DNA from: Candidatus Australimonas brisbanensis
Lineage (GTDB): Bacteria > Chloroflexota > Dehalococcoidia > Lucifugimonadales > Australimonadaceae
Assembly (NCBI GenBank): GCA_038147155.1
Contig: JAYQTA010000003.1
Location: 90,838 to 154,837, forward strand
Direction of reading: 5' to 3'
Length of the DNA stretch: 64,000 nucleotides
Part shown: positions 40,152 through 49,776 of the stretch, piece after piece
Numbering within the stretch: position 1 is the first letter of the stretch
How the letters are laid out: every line of letters begins with the position of its first letter
Position numbers and translations under genes: made by a program
The notes under the pieces: model-generated
What the model saw: only the letters and a program-made list of their open reading frames with translations
Told to the model about the DNA's origin: nothing
The model's database searches: none

Positions 40152-42947
40152 ATGTCTGACCCGGTCAAGCTGACCATCAACGGGGTCGAGGTCGAGACCA
40201 CCCCCGACAAGATGCTGATCCAGGCTGCCAACGAGGCCGGGGTCTACATCCCCTACCTTTGCTACCACCCCGGCATGAAGCCCTATGGGGCATGCCGCAT
40301 GTGCGTGGTGGAGGTGGAGGGCCAGCGTGGCACCCCCGCCGCCTGCACCCTGCCGGTGCGCGATGGCATGGTGGTGAACACCGTAGCCGCCCCCGCCGAG
40401 GGCGTGCGCTCCACCACGCTGGACCTGCTGCTCTCCGAGCACCCCCATGGGTGCCTCACCTGTCACCGCATCGACCTGTGCGGGCCGCAGGACGTGTGCC
40501 TGCGCCACGTGGACGTGCTGGACCGGTGCGTCACCTGCCCCAAGAACGAGCGGTGCGAGCTCAAGGACACCACCCGCTTCCACCCGCAGCCGCAGGTCTC
40601 CCCGCTGACCTTCCAGTACCGGGGCCTCCAGGTGGAGACCAAGGACCCCTTCTACGACCGCGACTACAACCTGTGCATCGTGTGTGCGCGGTGCGTGCGC
40701 GCCTGCGATGAGCTGCGGGGCGACGTGGCCCTGGGCATGACCGAGCGCGCCGGCCAGGTGCTGGTGGGCACGGTGCTGGGCGAATCGCTGCTGGAGGCGG
40801 GGTGCGAGTTCTGCGGGGCGTGCCTGGACGTGTGCCCCGTGGGCGCTCTCACCGAGACGGACAACAAGTGGGAGCGCGCCACCCGCACGGTGCAGTCGGT
40901 GTGCGGGGAGTGCCCCGTGGGCTGCACCATGACCTACGAGGTGAACAGGCAGGGCAGGGTGGTGCGGGCCATCCCTGAGCTCAACTCCCCGGTGAACAAG
41001 GGGCAGGCGTGCTTCCGGGGCAAGTTCGGCTACACCTACGTCAACGACAAGCGCCGCCTGCGCACCCCGCTGGTGCGCCGCGACGGCGTGCTCACCGAGG
41101 CCACCTGGGAGGAGGCGATCGCCGCCGCCGCCGAGGGGTTGGCCCCGCACAAGGGCGCCTTTGCCCTGCTCACCGGCGGGCGCGAGACCAACGAGGAGCT
41201 GTACGCGGCGCAGAAGTTCGCCCGCGCGGTCATGGGCTCCAACTCCGTGGACATGGCCTCCAACGACCGCCCCGGCGTGGCCGAGGGCATCCAGGACGTG
41301 TTCAGCGTCTTCGCGGGCACCCTCTCCGTGCAGGAGCTGCGCTCCTCCAAGGTGGTGCTGGCCGTGAGCGCCAACCCCACCGAGGACCAGAACGTGGTGG
41401 CGGTGCCCATCAAGCAAGCGGTGCGCGCGGGCACCCAGAAGCTCATCGTGGTGGACGCTCGCGAGGTGGAGCTCACCCGCTACGCCGCCCTGTGGCTGCG
41501 CCCGTACCCCGGCACCGAGGGCGCTGTGGTGGGTGGGATGCTCAAGGCGGTGCTGGACCTGGGCCTGGCCGACCCCGCCGAGGTTGCGGGCCGCGCCGAC
41601 GGGTTCGACGACCTGGCCGCCTCCCTGGAGGCGTTCACCCCGGAGGCCGTCGAGGACGTGACCGGCGTGCCTGCCGAGCAGCTGCGCGCCGCCGCCGAGC
41701 TGTACGCCACCGGCGGCCCGGCGGCCACCCTCTACGCCGCCGACTCCACCGCCCACGGCACCCGGCGCAACCTGGGCCGCGCCGCCACGGCCCTGGCTGT
41801 GGTGACGGGCAACGTGGGCGTCCCCGGAGCGGGGCTCATGCCGCTGATGGCCGGAGCCAACGTGCAGGGCGCATGGGACATGGGCGTGTGGTCCATGTCG
41901 CTGCCCGGCCACAGTTTCGTGCGCGACGGTGCGGCCCGCGAGCGGCTGGGCGCACTGTGGGGCGTGAGCCTGCCCACCGCCGAGGGGCGGGGCAACGTGA
42001 ACATCGTGCGCGGGGCCTCAGACGGGACGGTGCGGGCGATGCTGGTGCTGGGCACCCACGCCGCCATGGCCGACGGCTCTCTGGGCGATGTGGCCGGGGC
42101 CTTCGCCAACCTTCAGTTCCTGGCCGTGTCCGATGCCTTCCCCTCGGCCATCACCGAGCAGGCCGACGTGGTCTTCCCCGCCACCGTCTGGGCGGAGAAG
42201 ACCGGCACCTACACCAACCTTGAACGCCGCGTGCAGGCGCTGGTGCCGGTGGTGTGCCCGCACAACTCCCAGGCCCGCTCTGACGTGGCGCTCATCGGTG
42301 ACCTGGCCACGGCCATGGGGGCGCGCGGATTCAGCTGGGCCGGACCGGAGACGGTGCTGGAGGAAATAGCCCAGGCGGTGCCGCAGTACGCGGGCATCAC
42401 CTACGCGGGCCTGCTGGACGATACCGTCCGGTCGGCCAAGCCCGACACCTCCAACCCCCAGCCCACCCAGGTGCTCTACTCCGAGGACGTGCGCCAGGGC
42501 ACCCGCTGGCCCTACCCGGACACCCGCCCGGTGCTGGCCCCGCTCACCCTCTACGCGCGCCCCGAGCGCACCAGCGATGAGTTCCCGCTGATGCTGGCCC
42601 ACGGTCGGGTGCTGGTGCAGCCGGGGCGCGATGCGGGCGTCGCCTCCGACGGGAAGCGCAACCGGGTGGCCCGCGCCGAGGAGTTCGTCCTGCACCCGGC
42701 GGACGCCGAGCGCGCGGGGCTCACCGACGGAGAGCACGTGTGGGCAGTTGCCGATTCCGGCTGGCGCCAGGGTGGGTACGTGCGCATCAGCGATGAGACG
42801 CTGGAGGGGGTCGTCTCCCTCACCAGCCTGTTCGGGGCCCTGGCCGTGGAGGCCGACGCCTCTGCCGACCCCGACCCCATGAACCGCATACCCCGGCTCG
42901 ACGCGCGCCCCGTGCGCATCGAGCGCGAGCAGGGGGCCCAGGCATGA
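40152..42947 (+). CDS. NuoG / formate-dehydrogenase-alpha-like molybdopterin-fold subunit
   Basis: N-terminal 2Fe-2S motif (CYHP...CRMC), H-x3-C-x2-C-x5-C, two CxxCxxCxxxCP clusters, CGECPVGC MopB cluster, C-terminal MopB_CT-like domain. Confidence 0.85.
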   Translation: MSDPVKLTINGVEVETTPDKMLIQAANEAGVYIPYLCYHPGMKPYGACRMCVVEVEGQRGTPAACTLPVRDGMVVNTVAAPAEGVRSTTLDLLLSEHPHGCLTCHRIDLCGPQDVCLRHVDVLDRCVTCPKNERCELKDTTRFHPQPQVSPLTFQYRGLQVETKDPFYDRDYNLCIVCARCVRACDELRGDVALGMTERAGQVLVGTVLGESLLEAGCEFCGACLDVCPVGALTETDNKWERATRTVQSVCGECPVGCTMTYEVNRQGRVVRAIPELNSPVNKGQACFRGKFGYTYVNDKRRLRTPLVRRDGVLTEATWEEAIAAAAEGLAPHKGAFALLTGGRETNEELYAAQKFARAVMGSNSVDMASNDRPGVAEGIQDVFSVFAGTLSVQELRSSKVVLAVSANPTEDQNVVAVPIKQAVRAGTQKLIVVDAREVELTRYAALWLRPYPGTEGAVVGGMLKAVLDLGLADPAEVAGRADGFDDLAASLEAFTPEAVEDVTGVPAEQLRAAAELYATGGPAATLYAADSTAHGTRRNLGRAATALAVVTGNVGVPGAGLMPLMAGANVQGAWDMGVWSMSLPGHSFVRDGAARERLGALWGVSLPTAEGRGNVNIVRGASDGTVRAMLVLGTHAAMADGSLGDVAGAFANLQFLAVSDAFPSAITEQADVVFPATVWAEKTGTYTNLERRVQALVPVVCPHNSQARSDVALIGDLATAMGARGFSWAGPETVLEEIAQAVPQYAGITYAGLLDDTVRSAKPDTSNPQPTQVLYSEDVRQGTRWPYPDTRPVLAPLTLYARPERTSDEFPLMLAHGRVLVQPGRDAGVASDGKRNRVARAEEFVLHPADAERAGLTDGEHVWAVADSGWRQGGYVRISDETLEGVVSLTSLFGALAVEADASADPDPMNRIPRLDARPVRIEREQGAQA

Positions 42948-43711
42948 CCATGCAGGAAGGCACCCCCGAGGCGCAGGCGCGGCTGGAGCAGCTGCCCAAG
43001 GCGTGGATCGTCAAGAAGCAGGAGGTGGCCGAGGATCTGTTCCTCATCTGGCTCAAGCCCGACGAGCCCTTCCGCTTCAAGCCGGGCCAGTACATCACCA
43101 TCGGCAAGGCGGGCATCGAGCGCCCCTACTCCATCGCCTCGGCCCCCTACGAGCACCGCATCGAGCTGTTCATCGAGTACGTGCTCCCGGAGTACGGCGG
43201 CAAGCTCACCCCGGTGCTGTGGAACCTGCACGTGGGTGACTACGTCTCCTACCGGCCCAAGGCCAAGGGCATCTTCACCTTCAACCCCAAGTACCACCAC
43301 CACGTGATGGTGGGCACGGTGACGGGCGTCGCGCCCTTCATCAGCATGGTGCGCCAGGCGCAGAAGGACAACGTGCGCGGCCACCACTTCTACGTGCTGG
43401 AGGGCGCCAGCCACCAGGACGAGTTCGTGTACGAAACGGAGTTCGAGCGCCTGGCCGAGCGCCGCCCGGAGCTGGTGACCTTCGTCGCCACCGTCTCGCG
43501 TCCGCAGGCCGAGCGCAACCACGGCTGGACGGGCCCCACGGGCCGCGTGAACACCATCCTGGACGAGTACCTGGACAAGTGGTCGCTGCCCAAGGACGAC
43601 ACGCTGATCTACCTGTGCGGCAACCCCGGCATGATCGAGGACATCAAGACGCGGCTGGGCGGTGCGGGGTGGAACGTGCTGGACGAGCGGTTCTGGAAGT
43701 CGGAGGACTGA
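42944..43711 (+). CDS. ferredoxin-NADP reductase-type FAD/NAD(P)-binding oxidoreductase
   Basis: RPYSIAS FAD motif and [12 protein letters not shown](P) motif. 4-nt overlap with the upstream gene. Confidence 0.8.
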   Translation: MTMQEGTPEAQARLEQLPKAWIVKKQEVAEDLFLIWLKPDEPFRFKPGQYITIGKAGIERPYSIASAPYEHRIELFIEYVLPEYGGKLTPVLWNLHVGDYVSYRPKAKGIFTFNPKYHHHVMVGTVTGVAPFISMVRQAQKDNVRGHHFYVLEGASHQDEFVYETEFERLAERRPELVTFVATVSRPQAERNHGWTGPTGRVNTILDEYLDKWSLPKDDTLIYLCGNPGMIEDIKTRLGGAGWNVLDERFWKSED

Positions 43712-43731
43712 GTCCGTATGCGCAACGTCCG

Positions 43732-45332
43732 TGGCTAGTGCTCCCGCTCCCCACGACGACCTGCTTTATGGCGGCCTGACCCACCGAGCCAAGATGGTGG
43801 TGCTGGCCGCCGTTCTGCTGGGGCTGTTCATGGCCGCCCTGGACCAGACCATCGTCGCCACGGCCCTCCCCCGCGTGGTGGCCGAACTGGGTGGTTTCGC
43901 CCACTTCTCCTGGGTGGTCACGGCATACCTGCTGGCCTCCACGGCAGGGGTGCCCATCGCCGGCAAGTTGTCGGACCTGTACGGGCGTAAGTGGCTCTTC
44001 GCGGCGGGCCTGGTCATCTTCACCGTGGGCTCGGTGCTCTCGGGCCTGGCCGTCTCCATGGCCCAGCTCATCGCCTTCCGTGGCGTGCAGGGCCTGGGCG
44101 CCGCTGTGCTCATGGGCAACGCCTTCGCCGTCATCGCCGACCTGTTCCCGCCCCGCGAGCGCGGGCGCTGGCAGGGATTGTTCGGGGCAACCTTCGGCCT
44201 GGCTTCGGTCGTCGGCCCGCTGGCGGGCGGCTTCCTCACCGACAACCTCTCCTGGCGCTGGGTGTTCTTCATCAACGTGCCCGTGGCCGCCGCAGCTCTG
44301 ACCGTACTGATGGCGGGTATGCCGGGCACCCGCCGTCACCAGGGCCGCCCCTCCATCGACTGGCTGGGCGCTGGAGTGTTGGTGGGGGCCGTCGTCGTGC
44401 TGATGCTCGCGTTCACCTGGGCTGGCTCCACCTACGCGTGGGGCTCGGCCCAGATCATTGGCATGCTGACGGGCGCGCTGGCGCTCATCGCGCTGTTCCT
44501 GTTCGTCGAGAGGCGCGCCGCTGAGCCCATCCTGCCCCTCTGGCTCTTCACCAACCCGGTCTACCCCGTGGCGGTGGGCATCGTGTTCCTCACGGGCATC
44601 GCCATGTTCGGCGGCATCGTCTTCCTTCCCCTGTTCATCCAGGGGGTTTCCGGCGCCTCGGCCACCAACTCCGGCGCGGTGCTCATCCCCATGAGCCTGT
44701 CCATCGTGGCCGCCAGCGCCCTGGGCGGGCAGGTCATCTCCCGCACCGGGCGCTACAAGCTGTCCGCCGTGGGGGGCCTGGCCGTCATGACGGGTGGCAT
44801 GTTCCTGCTCACCCGCATGGGCGTCGGCACACCGCATCGGGACGTTATCCGCAACATGGTCATCATGGGTGCGGGGCTGGGCATCAGCTTCCCCACCTTC
44901 ATCATCGCCGTGCAGAACGCCTTCCCCCAGCGGGTAGTGGGCGTGGTCACGGCCTCGGTGCAGTTCTTCCGCTCCATCGGAGGCACCATCGGCGTGGCGG
45001 TGATGGGTTCGCTGATGGGCGCCGCCGTTGGGCGAGCCATGGCCCCGGCGCTGGAGGGTCTGCCACCCGCTGCTCAGGCGCTGCTGGCCGACCCGCAGGC
45101 GCTGGTGAACCCCCAGGCACGCGAGGCGGCGCTGTCGGCCCTAGAGGGCACGCCCGACCCCGCAGGGACGCTGACGGGAGTGTTCACCGCCATGCGGGAG
45201 GCGCTGGCTTCCGGCGTGCACCAGGTGTTCGTGGTGGCGCTGGTCATCGCCCTGACGGGGTTGGCGCTCTCCCTGGTGCTGCGGGAGATACCGCTGCGCG
45301 GGCGGCGAGTGGGCCCGCCGCCCGCGGCCTAG
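43732..45332 (+). CDS. MFS transporter, DHA2 (EmrB/QacA-like, 14-TMS) family
   Basis: [13 protein letters not shown] and [10 protein letters not shown] motifs. Start uncertain (GTG 43732 or ATG 43794). Confidence 0.8.
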
Positions 45333-45345
45333 CCGCGGGCTTGGC

Positions 45346-45648
45346 TTCCCGGCTGCCTGCGGCAGCCTTGATAAAGGGGGGCTCCCCCTTCGGCGCTGGC
45401 GCGCCTACCCCCGTCTACGCGCCCTGCCGGGCGCTCAACGTGGGGCCTGCGGCCCCGCTCGCTGGGCGATCGCATACCTCGGGACTTGTAGTGAGGCGCA
45501 GCCTCAAGAACGTCCATTGCCAGGGATAATTCGGGCTAGAGGGGTGCAGTGGGAGAGGGCACCTCTCCCCGCCGGGGGTTCGGCGCCCGCAGGGCGCCCA
45601 GGGGGTGTCCCCCTTCAATCGAGCCCGGCGTAGCCGGGCGGGGACTCC
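45346..45648. repeat. full-length copy of the MITE/REP-like hairpin-rich repeat
   Basis: Left end TTCCC-GGCTGCCTGCGGCAGCC-TTGATAAAGGGGGGCTCCCCCTTCGGCGC, right end GGCGCCCAGGGGGTGTCCCCCTTCAATCGA-GCCCGGCGTAGCCGGGC-GGGGAC. Internal CTAGAGGGGTGCAGTGGGAGAGGGCACCTCTCCCC module. Reverse complement of the copy at 52856. Confidence 0.85.
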
Positions 45649-45665
45649 CCCGCTAGAATCGGCCC

Positions 45666-48314
45666 GTGCCTACGCCGGTCCGCACGCAGTACCTGGAGAT
45701 GAAGGCGCGCCACCCCGGCGCGCTCCTCCTCTTCCGCATGGGCGACTTCTACGAGACGTTCGATGAGGACGCGCGCATCGCCGCGCGCGACCTGGAGATC
45801 GTCCTCACCCAGCGCGACATGGGCGGCGGGGAGGTGGTGCCCCTGGCGGGCATCCCCTACCACGCCCTCGACGCCTACCTGGGCCGCCTGATCCGCAAGG
45901 GCCATCGGGTGGCCATCTGCGAGCAGGTGTCCGAGCCCGACGGCAAGCGGCTGGTGGAGCGCGATGTGGTGCGGGTGGTCACCCCCGGCACGGTGCTGGA
46001 GCCGGGGCTGGTGGAGGAGGCGGCCAACACGTACCTGGCCGCCGTGGCACTGGACGGGGAGCGCGCGGGCGTGGCCCACGCGGACGTGTCCACCGGCGAG
46101 TTCGCCGTTACGGAGGTTGCGCTGGAGGACATGGCCCGCGAGCTGGCGCGCCTGGACCCACGCGAGGTGCTGGTGGCGGTGAGCGGGGTGGGTGAGGTGC
46201 CGGTGGATGCGGAGGCGATGACGCTCACGCCGTTGCCCGACGCGGCCTTCGCTCCCCGTGAGGCGCGCAGGCGTCTGCTGGCCCACTTCGGGGTGAGCAG
46301 CCTGGACGCCTACGGGTGCGAATCGATGCCCCTGGCGACGGCCGCTGCCGCCGCCATCGTGGACTACCTGGGCGAGACGCACCGTGCGGCTCTGGCCCTG
46401 CTCACGGGCCTGCGCACCTATGCGACGGGCGCGTTCATGGCGCTAGACCCCCAGACCCGGCGCAACCTGGAGCTGTTCGAGGCGGGCCGTTGGGGGGCGC
46501 GTACCGGCACGCTGCTCTCGGTGCTGGACCGCACGCGTACCCCCATGGGCGCGCGGACGCTGCGCCGGTGGCTCGGCCAGCCGCTGCTGAATCTGGGCGC
46601 ACTGGCCCAGCGCCAGGATGCGGTGGCGTGGCTTCACGCCTCCAGTCTGCGCCGCGAGGGCCTGCGGGACCTGCTGGCCGAGGTGACGGACATGGAGCGC
46701 GCCGTAGGCCGTGCGGGCGCGGGCGCCGCCGCCCCCCGTGAGTTGGCGGCGCTGCGCCGCTCCCTCCAGCGGGTGCCGGCCATCCGTGAGGCGGTGGCCG
46801 AGGCGGGCGATGCCCTGGGCTGGCTCGCGGGGGACCTGGACCCGTGCGCCGCGACGCTGGCGCTGCTCACCGACGCGCTGGAGGAGGAACCCCAGGGAGA
46901 GGTGGGTGGCGGGAAGGTGGTGCGCGCGGGCTTCAACCCGGAGATGGACGAGCTGCGCGATGCGGCGCGCGATGCCCGCTCCTACATCGCGGGGCTGGAG
47001 CGGCGCGAGCGCGAACGCACGGGCATCGCCTCCCTCAAGGTGGGCTACAACCGGGTGTTCGGCTACTACCTGGAGGTCACCAACGCCCACCGGGACGCGG
47101 TGCCGGAGGATTACATCCGCCGCCAGACCCTGGCCAACGCCGAGCGCTACTACACCCCGGAGCTGAAGGAGCACGAATCACGCGTGCTCAACGCCGGCGA
47201 ACGCATGGAGGAGTTGGAGCAGGCCCTCTACCGCCAGCTGTGCCGCCAGGTGGCGGACGACGCGTCGCGTGTCCGGCGCACCGCCGGTGCCGTGGCTGCG
47301 CTGGACGTATTCACCGCCCTGGCCGATGCCGCCAGCCGCTTCGGCTACGTGCGGCCCACCCTGGATGAGGGCGACGCGCTCATCATCCGCAACGGGCGCC
47401 ACCCCGTGGTGGAGCGGATGCTGCCGGAGGGGGCCTTCGTGCCCAACGACACGGCGCTGCGCGCCGCTCCCCAGGGCAGAGCCGTAGCGGACGATGGGCC
47501 GGACGCAGGGCAGGTCATCATCCTCACGGGGCCCAACATGGCGGGTAAGTCCACCTACATGCGCCAGGTGGCGCTCATCGTTCTGCTGGCCCAGGTGGGC
47601 TCCTTCGTCCCAGCGGACGCCGCGCACGTGGGCCTCGCCGACCGCATCTTCACCCGCGTGGGGTTGCAGGACGACCTGGCTGCGGGCCAATCCACCTTCA
47701 TGGTGGAGATGGTGGAGACGGCCAGCATCCTCCACCACGCCACCCGCCGCTCCCTGGTGGTGCTGGACGAGATAGGGCGCGGCACCTCCACCTACGACGG
47801 CCTCTCCATCGCCCAGGCCGTGGCCGAGCACCTGCACAACGACCCGCGCCTGGGCTCCCGCACCCTCTTCGCCACCCACTACCACGAACTGACCGCCCTG
47901 GCCGGGCGCCTGCCCCGCGTGCGCAACCACTCCGTTGCCGTGGCCGAGGAGGACGGCGGCGTGGTGTTCCTCCACCGCATCGTCCCCGGTGGGGCCGACC
48001 GCTCCTACGGTGTCCACGTGGCCCAGCTGGCGGGGCTCCCGCGCCCCGTGGTGGCGCGCGCCTGGGAACTGCTGGCGCACCACGAGCAGGGCAACGGGAC
48101 TGGGCGCAAGAAGCGCCTGCCCGGCGAGCATGCCGCCCAGCTGGGCCTCCCCGGTCTGATACCAGGAGGGCAACCCCAGCCGTCAGCGGTGGAGGAGGCG
48201 CTGCGGGCGCTGGACGTGAACGGCCTCACCCCCCTGGAGGCGCTGAACCGCCTCTACGAGCTCCAGCAGCAGGCGCGGGGCGAGCAGGGCGGGGCCAACG
48301 GGAGGGGCGGCTAG
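45666..48314 (+). CDS. mutS: DNA mismatch repair protein MutS
   Basis: N-terminal TPVRTQYLEMK...FRMGDFYETF and Walker A GPNMAGKST. 882 aa. Confidence 0.95.
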   Translation: MPTPVRTQYLEMKARHPGALLLFRMGDFYETFDEDARIAARDLEIVLTQRDMGGGEVVPLAGIPYHALDAYLGRLIRKGHRVAICEQVSEPDGKRLVERDVVRVVTPGTVLEPGLVEEAANTYLAAVALDGERAGVAHADVSTGEFAVTEVALEDMARELARLDPREVLVAVSGVGEVPVDAEAMTLTPLPDAAFAPREARRRLLAHFGVSSLDAYGCESMPLATAAAAAIVDYLGETHRAALALLTGLRTYATGAFMALDPQTRRNLELFEAGRWGARTGTLLSVLDRTRTPMGARTLRRWLGQPLLNLGALAQRQDAVAWLHASSLRREGLRDLLAEVTDMERAVGRAGAGAAAPRELAALRRSLQRVPAIREAVAEAGDALGWLAGDLDPCAATLALLTDALEEEPQGEVGGGKVVRAGFNPEMDELRDAARDARSYIAGLERRERERTGIASLKVGYNRVFGYYLEVTNAHRDAVPEDYIRRQTLANAERYYTPELKEHESRVLNAGERMEELEQALYRQLCRQVADDASRVRRTAGAVAALDVFTALADAASRFGYVRPTLDEGDALIIRNGRHPVVERMLPEGAFVPNDTALRAAPQGRAVADDGPDAGQVIILTGPNMAGKSTYMRQVALIVLLAQVGSFVPADAAHVGLADRIFTRVGLQDDLAAGQSTFMVEMVETASILHHATRRSLVVLDEIGRGTSTYDGLSIAQAVAEHLHNDPRLGSRTLFATHYHELTALAGRLPRVRNHSVAVAEEDGGVVFLHRIVPGGADRSYGVHVAQLAGLPRPVVARAWELLAHHEQGNGTGRKKRLPGEHAAQLGLPGLIPGGQPQPSAVEEALRALDVNGLTPLEALNRLYELQQQARGEQGGANGRGG

Positions 48315-48315
48315 C

Positions 48316-49167
48316 GTGGAGCCCATCGTTGCGGTGATCTGCGACTGTGACGGCACCCTGGCGCCGGACACCACCGATTTCGCCCTGCGCGAGATGGGCG
48401 TGGACACGGCGGCCTTCTGGCGTGAGCAGGACCGGCTGGTGGGGGAGGGGTGGGACCCGCCCCTCGCGTACCTCTCCCGCATCGTCGCCCACGCCCGCGC
48501 CAACGGTGGCCCCACCCGCGATGGGCTGCGGGCCATCGGGGAGCGCGTGGGCCTCTTCCCCGGCCTGCCTGCCATGTTCGATGAGGTGCGCGCCGCGATC
48601 AAGGCTGAGCCGCGCTTCGCCGACGCGGGGGTGCGCGTGGAGTTCTACGTCATCTCGGCGGGCATGCGTGACGTGTTGGAGGGCACCGCGCTGGCAGGGG
48701 CGGTGGATGGTATCTACGCGTGCGACCTGGCGTATGACGATGAAGGGCTGCCCACGGGCGTCAAGGCGTCCGTGACGTTCACCGAGAAGACCAAGTTCAT
48801 CTACGCCATCAACAAGGGGATAGGCCCGCTGGAGCTGCGCCGCACCCCGTATGCCGTGAACGATGCCATTGCCCCGGAGGAGCGCCGGGTGGCACTGGCC
48901 AACATGGTCTACATCGGTGACGGCCCCTCGGACATCCCGTGCATGTCCGTCATCAAGTCCGCGGGCGGGCAGGCCCTGGGCGTGGCCGAAAAGGCGCGCA
49001 AGGGGTACGAACTGGCGCGCGGTTCGCGCCTGACCATGGGGCCGTACTCACCCAACTTCGCCCCCGGCTCCGACATGCGCCGCATGCTTGAGCAGGCCGT
49101 GGAGTACGCCGCCGAGGGCATCGTCCTGCGCCGTCAGCAGACCCGCCGCCAGGGGCCGGGGCACTAG
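48316..49167 (+). CDS. HAD-superfamily hydrolase
   Basis: DxD motif VICDCDGT and motif IV GDGPSD. GTG start 1 nt after the mutS stop. Confidence 0.7.
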   Translation: MEPIVAVICDCDGTLAPDTTDFALREMGVDTAAFWREQDRLVGEGWDPPLAYLSRIVAHARANGGPTRDGLRAIGERVGLFPGLPAMFDEVRAAIKAEPRFADAGVRVEFYVISAGMRDVLEGTALAGAVDGIYACDLAYDDEGLPTGVKASVTFTEKTKFIYAINKGIGPLELRRTPYAVNDAIAPEERRVALANMVYIGDGPSDIPCMSVIKSAGGQALGVAEKARKGYELARGSRLTMGPYSPNFAPGSDMRRMLEQAVEYAAEGIVLRRQQTRRQGPGH

Positions 49168-49171
49168 GCCC

Positions 49172-49750
49172 CTACTTCAGGCTGAACGGCGGGTACTTGT
49201 CGGTAAGCAGGAAGGCGTAGGCGATCACGCGCCAGCTCCACCGGTTGAGCCCCATGAGGAACTCGAACAGCCCGGCGGGGTAGCGCCCGGTGAACAGCAC
49301 CACGACGGCGGCGATGAGCGCCAGCAACTGGATCAGGTCGGAGAAGATGCTGACGATCCAGAACTGTGGGAGGGCCAGCACCCACTTGATGCGCACCAGG
49401 CCCCGGTGCATCCGCTCCGGGTACTCCACCGCCAGGTCGGCGGGGTACCCGCCCTCCTTCATGGTGAAGGGCGGGTAAGCGTCGGTGGCGAAGGTGCCCG
49501 CCGTATAGAACGAGACGCGCCACCCCCAGCGCAGCACGCCCACGTTGAAGTCGAACAGCAGGCGCGGGTAGCGCCCGGTGAACTGTACCGCGAAGGAGGC
49601 CAGCACCACGAACAGCATGGCGATGCATCCCAGCACCGCGAGCACGATGATGTGGGGGATGACCAGGATGACCTTCACCAACCAGAGCCAGCGGGAGAGC
49701 GGCTCGGTAAGGGTACCGGTGACCTGGACGGGGTAGGCGCTGGATTGCAT
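49172..49750 (-). CDS. DUF4389-family membrane protein
   Basis: SRWLWLVKVILVIPHIIVL and FTGRYP repeats characteristic of DUF4389. Confidence 0.7.
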   Translation of the reverse strand: MQSSAYPVQVTGTLTEPLSRWLWLVKVILVIPHIIVLAVLGCIAMLFVVLASFAVQFTGRYPRLLFDFNVGVLRWGWRVSFYTAGTFATDAYPPFTMKEGGYPADLAVEYPERMHRGLVRIKWVLALPQFWIVSIFSDLIQLLALIAAVVVLFTGRYPAGLFEFLMGLNRWSWRVIAYAFLLTDKYPPFSLK

Positions 49751-49776
49751 GGGTGCCTCCTGCGGCGAGGGTGGCC

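Noticed and set aside
37593-41912. 1439-aa ORF on the minus strand, the longest in the track
   Set aside because: It lies antisense to the NuoE/F/G-like genes, which have clear cofactor motifs. Its composition is dominated by Gly/Ala/Arg/His/Pro with no recognisable motif. It is a typical shadow ORF of a roughly 70% GC genome.
40152-42947. The FdhA-like subunit as a third selenoprotein
   Set aside because: The ORF is uninterrupted, and the aligned Sec/Cys column is not a TGA or Cys codon (see the finding at 41238..41276).
45329-45517. Short ORFs inside the repeat elements (also 26395..26595, 26511..26711, 45415..45618, 52841..53083, 53029..53226, 57821..58183, 62834..63022 and 62873..63103)
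   Set aside because: They lie entirely within the multi-copy hairpin-rich repeats, occur in both orientations depending on the copy, and have no start context.
45653-45668. TAGAAT box 7 nt upstream of the mutS GTG, suggesting a leaderless mutS transcript driven from the repeat end
   Set aside because: It rests on a single hexamer match without a -35. Leaderless translation normally needs AUG rather than GUG. This is too speculative to report as a feature.
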